Positions 1-10,736 of a DNA stretch of 64,000 nucleotides are shown here, one piece after another (positions within the stretch are counted from its first letter, which is position 1; the number at the start of each line of letters is the position of its first letter). The position numbers and the translations under genes were made by a program. Below the pieces are notes generated by a model. That model was given only the letters and a program-made list of their open reading frames with translations, had not been told where the DNA came from and did not search any database. Source of the stretch: Bispira polyomma (taxonomy: Eukaryota); assembly GCA_965649765.1 (NCBI GenBank), contig OZ287754.1:37138001-37202000 (forward strand). The letters run 5' to 3'.

Positions 1-542
1 AGAGAATACATTAATATTTTGCATTAAAAAGATAATATATTAATACAATAGTATTTTTGGACAGATATTCTCCCTTGCCTTTGTATTTTAGCATTACAGA
101 CTATTTCACAGATAAAAACACTATTTTCTGCTGTTTTTGTGTAATATATTCTTCTCCCAACCGCTCTGACTCGAACCACAAGGCCAAATAACTTAAGTAT
201 ACGTTTTACATTCAACACTTTAATCCCCCAGATAGTATAATGTAATGAATCAATAATACCTAAATTATTTTTTATTATAAAATACAATAATCGTAGGTGA
301 TCATATCAGGAATTCGTTTATAACGACATATTCACTTATTGGCATAACAACCCATTTATTAAGTGAAACATTTTGGAGTAATACTTGTTTCAAAGTGGAC
401 ACATATAATTCATGTATATTCAGAGTTAAGCCTTTGAGTCTGCATTGTTTTGGGTCGAAGTCTAGGATTCCAATTACCACTGTTTTCCATGTGTCGTTAA
501 CTGTCTATGGTTTTATGTACACAAAGCTATCCTTGCCTTGGA

Positions 543-3500
543 TCAGCAGGTAAATGTCCGTATCCTAAGGTCATTGGCCTTCCCATTTGGAATATCTCTC
601 CCATCTTCTTTATCATTTGTTATTGAGCTTCTGCAGTAGTATACTACAGACACCAGATATGCAATGGCCGAACCAATAAGCGCTATTGTTCCTGATATGT
701 AGAATGGTAAATTATAATTTTGTGTCACATCAAAGATCCACCCTGTGAAATGCAATAGATGTATATATTTTAATGCGACATTTTAGTTAACTGATGCCCT
801 TACATCTTTTTCAGTTTATTGTGAAAAGGGAAATACTTTTGATCATTCCAGTATTATATGTGGCTCAAATCTGCAAACAGAAACACCTATTTATTGATTG
901 AATTAAATCACCAATCACTGAGTTGAAAGGTCCAAGTAAAATAATTGTACATACCTGTTACAGGTGTTGCAGTAAAATTAGAAATGGCACAAAATAGATT
1001 TGTCAGAGCTCTTGCTTTTCCAAATCTGGTAACTCCAGCCAATTGTACTGTCGATAGCATTACCATTGGAATAAGTAATCCTGAAACATAGCATATGAAC
1101 CTGTAAACAGGAAATGTTTGCTTCTAGGTAACCATGCAGTATGTTGTAATTGCATACTAAAAAATTTAATGCAAGTATACAACATTAAAAAGTATGCTGG
1201 AAATTAGAAAACAACATTAAAACGAAAGTAAGAATATTTGCTGTTTAATTACCTTGAAATGCTCCAAAGACGATGGAACAAACAACCAGCAAAGTATATG
1301 AAGAGGAGGCCAGTGGGACTAAACAGGAGGTCAATCCTTGGACACTTCCACACATTGCAAATATCACTAGGGAATTTATGTTTGTATAAAAGACAGTAAC
1401 ACCTGAGAAAATGAGTCTTGCAATCAGACTAGTGGTACATAGCACTGTCATAAGAAATCCTGCCCACTTCAAATCGTAGCCCATGTACACTGTGCGGCTT
1501 GGTGTGTGGTCCATAAAAGCACCCGTATTAAATCGTATGAGAACGGCAGACATAATAAATAAGATGAAGTAGAAATTCTTGCATAAAGAAAAGTCACAGA
1601 TGCCTCTGTTGCCACTTGGTGTACCTCGACTTTTTCTGTTTAAGTCAGGTACCTGTTGTTTCTTAGTTTTCTTCAATTCCTTTACAGGCCAAAATGTTAC
1701 TGACAAAATGATAGTGTTCATTATGACTCCACTGTGTAATAACAAAGTTCCCCTCAGGCCGTAAGTGTCCAGGAAGTAGTTGCTGATCATTGGTGAAAAC
1801 AAATTTCCCAGTGGAATGCCACAGTAAACAAGTGAAGTGGCCAAACTTCTGTGTTTTGTGAAGTGTTTCTGGATGCTCACTGACAAGCATAACATCATAC
1901 AGTTGACGCCAATACCTGTTAGAAATGAAAGGATTATATAGCCTGGAATGAGATAGCTTGAACACTGTACATTACATCCATTTAAAAGCGGTTATTTAAA
2001 AATTTGTTGACAAATAGTAAAATTTTATTAAAAATCTTTAATTCGAAAACTTTTTTTTGTAATTTTATTGCACAAATTCTCGGTTACAGATGCATCACTA
2101 GCAACCCAAATAACCTACTTTATGATATGGCAGTTGTTATAGAAATCAGTTAACAGAAACAATTGTCTCCCAGTGACACAATGCATGTATATACCTGTTA
2201 TAGCACCATATGTCAAGTACAGATAATAGACATCGGGTGCAAACACACTGCTGAAAATTCCTGTAGTAGTTATGCAAGCTCCAACCATAGCAACCTTTCT
2301 CTCCCCATATTTGTCAAGGAGGGCACTTGTTAGAAGTCCTGAAAGAGTCTCATTGATGAACTGATGGACAAATTATACTTTTTATGCTTGTATAAATGCG
2401 TATGATGATTTAGATTAATGTGAAAACCACATAATGATGTAGGATTGAGAAACCATTCCAGTACAATTTAAGTTATGGAGATTTGTATTCAAATTTGATA
2501 GCCGCTTTGTCCCTTTTTGTGTATTCTGTCGTCAAAATACCAGCAAGGAATCTCGTTAAAGTATTAAACTGATGTAGAAGTTGTAAGTCTGTGTTATTTT
2601 ATTGCAGATAAAGCTATTGCAAAAACTATTATAGAAAATAATATATTATTTAAAATACAAGTACATGATATACCACTTAATGGTCCAATAAGTGTTAAAT
2701 GTATAATACAAGTACAAGATATACCAGTTAAAAGACCAATAGATCAGTGCAATAAGTATACTACAAGTACAAGGTATACCACTTAAAAGACCTATAGATC
2801 AGTGTAATATTTATAATACAAGGTATACCACATAAAGGACCAATAAGTGTAATATGTATACTACAAGTACAAGATATACCACTTAATGGACCAATAGATC
2901 CGTGTAATATGTATACTACAAGTACAAGGTATACCACTAAAATGACCAATAGATCAGTGTAATATGTATAATACAAGTACAAGATATACCACATAAAGGA
3001 CCAATATGTGTAATATGCATACTACAAGTACAAGATATACCACTTAATGGACCAATAGATCCGTGTAAAGCATTAATAAATCCTGCAGCTGCTTTGGTTG
3101 TTTGAAATGTTTCTGTAATCTTCACATAATACATTCCAAAACACAAGAAGTGATAGCCCATGATGATGTTAAATATGATACATGCTGCAAGCAAGACCCA
3201 GGAATCCACTGGTTCATTTGGAAATTCAGCCTGCAATATAAAAATGCAGCAGCTAAGACTATATCTTGCAAAATAACATAAAATGCTAAAATAAAGACCA
3301 AAACGTTACAATTACATGACATTGTTTTTACTGACATTAGTATTACACAAACCTCAAGGGCCAGTTCATCATTATCATTATTTTATACTTAAACCCTTCA
3401 TGTGTGAAATATCACGGTGACTTGCATATTTGTCAGTGAATTTGTCATGTAGACAATATTGGAGCAATGAGTCAAACATATCTGTATTTTAATGTCTAAC

Positions 3501-4613
3501 CATTGACAGTCTCCTTTACATACTTCAAAGTCAAAGTGCATGGGGGTTTCAAACAAAAATATCCCACTCAATGGAATGCTGGTCCTAATAATTAGCTCTT
3601 TCAGATTAATTGTACTGTTGGTATCTGGTCCACTTGGGTGTTGTATTCTATTTCTTATTTACCAAGGGTTCGTCATTAAAAACTAAATATATACCCTCCT
3701 TTATTCCCTTCTATTGCCCGATTACTGTAAAGCACATTGTATGAACGTATTTTAGTGATGTTCCTTTAAAATTTTGTTGAGGTAAATAGTCTGGAATAAT
3801 TATTTTTTAATAATGTTTTCAATATTTTCAATAATGTAAAAGACATTGGGTTGTTTTTTAAAAATTTAGCACAAGTAATTTATTCTTTGTATTGTTGTTT
3901 CTTTTCTAACCACATTGTACGCCAAACTTACAACAGGACAATTATTTCTGTGTTGTCTTGTGTGATTTTTTTTAGCAATATTTTAAACAGTGAAATAGTC
4001 TAGTGGTTAGGGAGTTGGCCTGGTGTTTAGAAGGTCTCTCGTCCTATTCCCATTACCAGCCACTAGTTTTGTTGTTGAGATAACATCCTTGTGCAAGATG
4101 TGCACGCGCGTTTGCCTAGTGGCCAATTAAAATGCCAATACTCTGTCAGTGGGTTCTATCCCCAGTGGCAGGCTAAAGATCTTTGGGGATTTTGATAATG
4201 ATCATCCTCATGCATCTTTTTTTAGTTAGGTGAATGACAGTAACTGATGCAGTTGACTGTCAGGAAAGGATTAATTAGCGCTCGCAATGCCTGATGAAGA
4301 ATATATGTATCAATTTAAATAAGATCAGAATAAGATAATATTTGTAAATAAATAGTTTTCAACACATGGTATTCTTACACCCTACACACTGAACATAATC
4401 TAATCTAATTGATAGTCATTTTGTTAAGCAAAGTGCATGGGAAATTGAATTTACCTGTTTCTGTGTCTTTTCAGTTTCTGGTTTCTTTTCCCTGTGATCA
4501 AAATATACCAAAATATCCGGAGCCGACATGAAAAATGCCTTGTCTTCTGAACTTTGTTCTGCTAGGCTATTTAAGCGGCTCACATGCCTCTTTTTCAAAA
4601 GTTCTTTATCCAT
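543..4613 (-). CDS. SLC16/monocarboxylate transporter (MCT)-like MFS transporter, paralog 1; 6 coding exons, about 493 aa
   Basis: Exons 4613-4455, 3230-3041, 2338-2195, 1915-1253, 1080-955 and 742-543 all have GT-AG boundaries with consistent phase (1482 nt). SLC16-like motifs: LLDKYGERKVAMVG, QKHFTKHRSLATSL, YGLRGTLLLHSG, GWIFDVTQNY. An acceptor just upstream of the ATG implies a further 5' exon that was not located. Confidence 0.9.
2656..3068. repeat. Minisatellite (about 50-56 bp x8) made of the MCT exon 2 3' end plus splice donor
   Basis: Unit of type caagtacaagatataccacttaatggaccaatagatccgtgtaatatgtatacta; the last unit is the real exon/intron junction at 3041/3040. Confidence 0.9.
3993..4320 (+). 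mobile_element. tRNA-derived SINE (decayed) in MCT intron 1
   Basis: A-box-like tagtctagtggttag, decayed B box, and 3' end resembling an L2-type tail; the paralogous copy at about 18180-18510 is better preserved. Confidence 0.65.
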
Positions 4614-5889
4614 TCCATGTATCTGTAGTCGGAGAACAGAACAAAATATGCAGTGGATAGTTTACTGAAACATCTTATGTGTAATGTGTGGGTAGTTTAT
4701 CCCTTAAGTGCATATTAGATATTAAAGATAAGAAACTGTTAAGTCATTATACAGTACTACTTACATGTCAGTATAAGGTATTATGGCAATCAATAAAAGT
4801 ATTCAAGTGTTCAGCACTTGATTAATAAGTGTTGCACTTAAATACTGCTATAGGTGATTGTTTATTTTATAGTGCACTGTTTTCAGAACTTTACTTTAAT
4901 ATTATTTCACTGTTGAAACTTGTTGTTGTTTAAACTTAATAATACAAATCTCTGTGTTCCCATGAACATTTAGTGGTAATTTTCAGGCTTACATGGAAAC
5001 ATAGCCGAACAAAGGTCTTAGTAGTAGTGTGTTTGCATTAAGTAGTAGAGCATAATGATAGATGGGATATAGGTAATGCCAATCAATATTGCCAAGCTGG
5101 GAAAGTAATATCGTTAGAATAGTATTGAATGCAAAGTACTGCACCATAGTGATATGAGCAACCACTAAAATATCCCACACAAATTGATATAGGGAGATTT
5201 GTATTAAATCAGTGTGTGAAGTTAGTGTATTTCTATAATTGCTTAAGTGATCTATCTGCGTATGTCGACAGGGCATCCGCATGGCAGAGATATTGAATTT
5301 GACCTCTTATGAAGATAGACAACAAGCATTATTAGTAAATAATGATTGCTAAAATTTTAAGGTTGTCTAAACTTCAGTGTGTGCTCTGGGTAGCCGGTGC
5401 CCATTGACCCTGTAGAGGATCCATCAGAAATTTTTGAGAATAAACTTAGTAATGGAACAAAATCATTTTTTATATGTAGTATATGCAACCTATGGCACAT
5501 TTTGCCAATCTAAAGAACTCTAGGATTTCCAATATTTGTATATAAGTCAGAGTTTAATCACAAAATGTAAATAAAGTTAAACTTATTTATGTCAAACATC
5601 AATTGTAGATTTCAATATGCCTTTATTGGGCTGAAGAAGTTTTTTCCAATATAAGTTAATAGTTCTATATGGCCCCATCTCTAAAGACAGGATCTAACCA
5701 GTCTTCTGTAGACTATTATTTTAGACTAGTTCTCCCCTACACTCGTACCTTCCACTACATGGCTCATGTAGATAAAAATCTTGACCTCATTGGAGAATTC
5801 TATGTATATGTCCTCTATTGGTGTACCAGGCTCACCAAGAAACGTCATTTGAAATATCAACAGTCTGAGGTATAAAATAGCACGTATGA

Positions 5890-6290
5890 GATTGAATCAC
5901 TGTACAGAGATGATTATACAAAATGACATCGGAAGTATGAACAACCAACTTAATTACTTTACAGTATAGTACACGAGAAGTCATCTGACATATCAACAGT
6001 CTACATGACTATTCAGTAGATACTATAAGAAAGGTCATCTGATGTATGAACAATCTAAATTACTGTACAGTTGGAAGTATAAGAAATGTCATCTGACATA
6101 CACACAGTGTGAATTAATATAACAGAGAGAGGCCATCTAAAGTATGAACACTACTGTACACTATTACTGTGCAGTTAATAGTATGAGTCATATGATGTAT
6201 AAACAGTCTGAATTACTATGAAATAGAGAACAGAAAAAGGCTATCTAAAGTTTTAACAGTCTCAATTACTATGCAGTAATGCAAATGAGG
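5890..6290. repeat. Degenerate minisatellite (about 55 bp)
   Basis: Recurring gtcatctga...aacagtctaaattactgtacagt; paralog at about 20800-21300. Confidence 0.7.
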
Positions 6291-6304
6291 TTTACCAAAG
6301 TATG

Positions 6305-6564
6305 TTGAGTTGAGTTGAATTTGGATATTGAACGTCCACTCTAGTACCTTTTAGTAGGTTATATTGGGACGGGTAGTTGGAAATGCTGAAGGAAACACTG
6401 CATACAGTCGGTCAAGGTTCTGCAGAGAAACCAGCGGCCCACAGTAAGGAACTACCACCTTTCCCACATAGGCATCGACGGGATTCGAACTCACGCCGCC
6501 CAGAGGTGAGAGACCAGTGATTGTGAAGTGCAATGCTTGCTAACCACTAGGCCACCGCGGCCCC
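6305..6564 (-). mobile_element. Young full-length tRNA-derived SINE with 12-bp target-site duplication
   Basis: Minus strand reads ggggccgcggtggcctagtggttagc (A box), gagttcgaatccc (B box) and a (ctcaa)n tail. TSD taccaaagtatg at 6293-6304 and 6565-6576; empty site at about 21290 in the duplicate. Confidence 0.92.
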
Positions 6565-7159
6565 TACCAAAGTATGAATAGCCTAAATAAATTACATTAC
6601 ATTATAGTAAATACAGTGTAGAGACTTCCCCACTTTTCGGTCTGCTTTTCTTATCTCTGAATGTTTGCTCTAGTGGCTATCAAATGACACAACTCATTAC
6701 AGATTACAGACTCCAAGATACAGAAATCTTCTCTAGTATTACAAAGGCATAAAGGTAATATGTGCTATATATCAACATGCACACAGAGAGCCTTTTTGCA
6801 TTACACAGATCATAGATACCACATGTGTGGGGGAATATTATGTTGCAAAAGTCAACAAACACTGAGATTCAAAGTGCGGAAATCTGTGTACAATTCCAGG
6901 GGAAAGTCTTTACTTTCAAAAGACTAAATAAGAAGTCATCTGCAATATTAACAGTCTTGTTTTGTAGGCTAGCAAACTGGTAGAACACACATGTATTCTC
7001 CTGGACATCGAACTGGTTACCTCCCCATCCAGTTGTGTAATTATTAGGAAATTGATGTCAAACTTAATACTTAATACATATTGACACTACATGATGACAC
7101 TCAAATCAATATAACACTCAAATCAATATGACACTCGAATCGATCTTTTTCTCAAACTC

Positions 7160-7570
7160 AAAATGCCCACAAAAATCTTCTCACTCTTATTACTATGACA
7201 TTCATGATATCAAAAGAATCAGAAATCACTTATCATTGGATGCTGACATCACTGTGGCTAACTCCCCTGTAAAACTTTTCCTCTGTAAAACCTACCACGA
7301 GGGCTAGATCAAGAGCTTTCTTTTTTGCTGCCTTAGATCACTTGAAACACTTTCTGGGTTTAGGAAATAGGTTAAAACCTATCTCTTCATACTCGCTTAT
7401 TGTCCTTACGTCCTTCCCTGTACACTCCCACATCCTTCTTTACGACCTTGGCTATGCTTTTCGATTGGTTAATTGATTCTGTTAAAGTTGTGCTTTGGAA
7501 GATGCGTAGCATCAATAAGGAGCGTTCGTTAAAAATTCAAAATACCACAAACTACAGTACAATACAATTG
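7160..7570 (+). mobile_element. Decayed 3' end of an L2/CR1-type LINE
   Basis: Remnant motifs IKRIRNHL (atcaaaagaatcagaaatcactta) and LKTYLF (ttaaaacctatctcttc), followed by a (tacaa)n-like tail. Confidence 0.55.
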
Positions 7571-7885
7571 TCAAGATAATGCAGGGAAGCCATCCCGGGG
7601 TTAGTTAGATCGGTACTGTGCCTTAAAAAGGCACCTTTAACATCTAGTCAGTACACAGATGACCCCTTCTTTGAATGGCTGGTAGTTGGCCCATATATTA
7701 AATATTTACCGCCTAAAACTCTTTACCTCCATTATGAATAAGGAAATTCAAGGGTCAATACGCCATTTTACTTTTAAAAACATTTCAATTGTTACTGATT
7801 TATTATATACTTTACGTTTTATCTACAAGTTTTTACACCATTTTACTGTGTTTATGCGCTACAGAAAGGAGAGTTTAACCCTACT

Positions 7886-8819
7886 GTGCGGGAAGAAAGC
7901 TGGATTTCTGTCTCTAAGTTAAATGGCCGTGTGACGGCAGTAGAAAGCAGAGTAGACAATAATGAGCGTAGTGCTTTGCTAGCAGCGTCCAATGTAAACA
8001 CTAGCCTTTCAGGGGCAACAGGAGCATTGCCGACTGCTTCTACAGTGATACCTACGACAATTCCTGCGCAGATGACTCAGCAACCACTAAATCTGAGCCC
8101 GACGGTGAGTCAGCCGACCATTCCTAGTTCAATGGCGAGTCAGCTACCAGGTGAGATTGATGACTTCCTTGTGTCTTCTTGGACAACATTGAAAACTTCC
8201 GAACACCTGCAATGAGCAGTGGATTCCAGACTGAGGGAACTTGTCAACTTAAACGAAGCAGGTAACAAAAAATCATAAAAATGGGTGTCAAGAAAAACAT
8301 TCCGTGGCCACAAAATCACAGGTTGGCAAAATAAAAGTCGCTCCTCATATGATAGCCTTACAATGGCCCAATGGGTTTCAGGCTTTACTGCCATTATTAG
8401 GGATGAGAAAAATAATAAAAACAGAGACACAATGCTCGAGTATGTGCAAGATCTTACGGAGGATGCACATGACTTCTCCTGGAGTGCTGCAGAAGGCAGT
8501 CACACGGTTCTGCTGTGCAGAATGGAGGAGGGAAAAGTAATATGGCAAGATACTGCTAAAATAGACCGAATTAGAAGAGCTCATGCTCAAAAAGTAATCG
8601 GTAGCAGTCACTCAGGTGCTTCTTCCAATAGGTTTACTAGTACAAAATCTAGTGACAAAGGTGTCCCATATCATTATTTTCAGAAAGGGGCGTGTAATAA
8701 TAAAATAGATCACGAAACAAAAGGCCAGATGTACTTACATGTCTGCTCTGTATGTCATACTACACAGTTTCAAGGATTGTCATAGGAACAAATCAGCTGC
8801 CAACTCAAAAAACGAGTAG
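7886..8819 (+). pseudogene. E1 gag-like ORF (nonsense codons, deletion in the C-terminal Cys/His knuckle)
   Basis: ORF pieces 7886-8215 and 8285-8785 share one frame and are closely similar to E3 gag (SYDSL.MAQWV.GFT, EDAHDFSW, RIRRAHAQKV); the original end reads HSFKDC...SKNE*. Confidence 0.85.
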
Positions 8820-9459
8820 GACACTGCAAGTCAGCAGTGCACAGATCACAAGTTGATCAAGATTATCTGTCAAATGTGAGTAAGGGAAAGTGTAAGCGTG
8901 CTAAAAATGTACATGTATTTCAGGTAAGAGTTGTATATAATTCTATGTGTATATAATTCTATGTCTGGACAAGGGGGCTACCATAATTGGAGAGCCGAAA
9001 GGGCAAAGTACCAAAATAAGTAGTACGCTGAAGTAGTAAGAAAAAATATCAAACCAAATAAGGGCCAGAGAAAGGCTGAAAAATTCAAAATTAAGTTGAC
9101 AGACGGAAATGGCCCACTTGTCCAAAAACAAAATACTGGTAAAAGTGTGTACAATAACAATGTTTTCAAGATTGTGAGGTGTAAAAAACAACAGGCTGAA
9201 ACAAAAGAGCTCCCATAAACAAAGGGTAAACAAACCCGGGATGAAAAGAAAAGCTTTCAGTCAATAAGGGCCCCTAGTAACAATGGCAACCAAAACAAAC
9301 AAAGCCAAAGTGACACAATGGGTCAGAGGGCCTTCTGTTCAGGCTGGGGGATTGAAATTAACAATAGATTCCAACCACTCAAATCTCTTAAGGAAATTGA
9401 CATTACTGAACAAAAATTTCTCAACACAACTCTTACAAGTGTCACTGCTAAAACAAAAG

Positions 9460-10730
9460 ACCCAGAGGGAGATAATAGCAGGGTAATAATAGACATCATT
9501 TTTCCACATGGACTTGCCGTTAATTCAGCTATTGCTAAAGACACTTACTTGGCTACACCTTTTATATTAACCTTACCCAAGATGAAATCACTAAAAATAT
9601 TGCTAAATTCGGTAAAGGTGCAATGTTATATAAGCAAGACATAAGTCGTGCCTTTCGTCACGTGAAAATTGACCCGGTGGACTATGAGTTATTAGGTCTC
9701 AAATTAAACGAGATATATATAGACATGGGTCTTCCCTTTAGCTATCGCCACAGAAGCACTATATTTCAGCGCTTAAGTGACGCAATTAGATACGTCATGA
9801 CATCACAGGGCCATGAAGTTATCAACTACATCGATGATGTCATAGGTTTTGGTACATGCAATGAAATTAATGAAGTGCACTTTAAAAGACATATCCCAAC
9901 AGCTAGGTTTTACTTTGAGTCGAAAGAAAATTGTGAACCAATTACCAAATTTACATGTCTGGGGGTCTTAATTAATACAGAAACTTTCACAATTTCCATA
10001 CCCGACAAGCTATGTGTAACACTTGGAAAAATCAGAAAATTTGCACAAAAAAGGCATTTGCAATCGTTACTGGATTCCCTGTTATATGTCTTTAAATGTG
10101 TAAAATCTTCAAGGGCATTTCTTAATAGAATGTCAGACACATTGCATTCAGCTAATACCGCAGCCTGTATTAAGCTTGACACAGAATTTTTGCAAGACCT
10201 AAATTGGTTTTAGAAATTTTTATCTACATTCAATGGGATGGCATTCTTTAGCCATGCCCCAGTCACAGAGCAAGTTGAATTACACGCCTGCTTGCAGGGC
10301 CTTGGAGCCAGATATGTCAATCAAGTTTATACGATGGAAGTAGTCTTGGGATTCAAAGATTACACAATTGTACACCTAGAAATGGTAAATATACTAGTCG
10401 CAATTAGTATATGGAAACACCTATGGAAAGGGGAAAAAATACTTGTTCATTGCGATAACCAGGTGGTAGTACACATGTTAAATTCTGGAAAAACTTGCGA
10501 CCTCACTCTGGCTGCAATGGGCAGAAACATATTTATGGAGACTGCACAGGCAGACATTGATTTAAAAACAGTTCATATCCCAGGAAAAGAAAAGGTCGCA
10601 GCTGACTTACTTTCCAGATGGCAGATTACTGCAAACAATTCGGAAAAATTAAGGCAACTAGTTAAGCAGCCAGAATGGCTAGTCGTCCACTACAGTATGC
10701 TAGAAATAGACTGGTCCATTTACAATGTAA
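9460..10730 (+). pseudogene. E1 reverse transcriptase / RNase H, frameshifted
   Basis: ORF pieces 9318-9644, 9623-10213 and 10238 onward carry DIRS-type RT and RNase H motifs. Confidence 0.88.
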
Positions 10731-10736
10731 TTTCAG

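Larger units (their letters stand above)
340..6923. repeat. Segmental duplication unit, copy 1 (MCT gene plus about 2.3 kb upstream)
   Basis: Colinear similarity of exons, introns and upstream DNA with about 14705-21645; similarity ends at gaaagtctttactttcaaaagac in both copies. Confidence 0.9.

Noticed and set aside
1081-1102. Upstream acceptor at 1101/1100 for MCT exon 5
   Set aside because: Wrong phase, giving a premature stop; the acceptor at 1081/1080 restores the frame in both paralogs.
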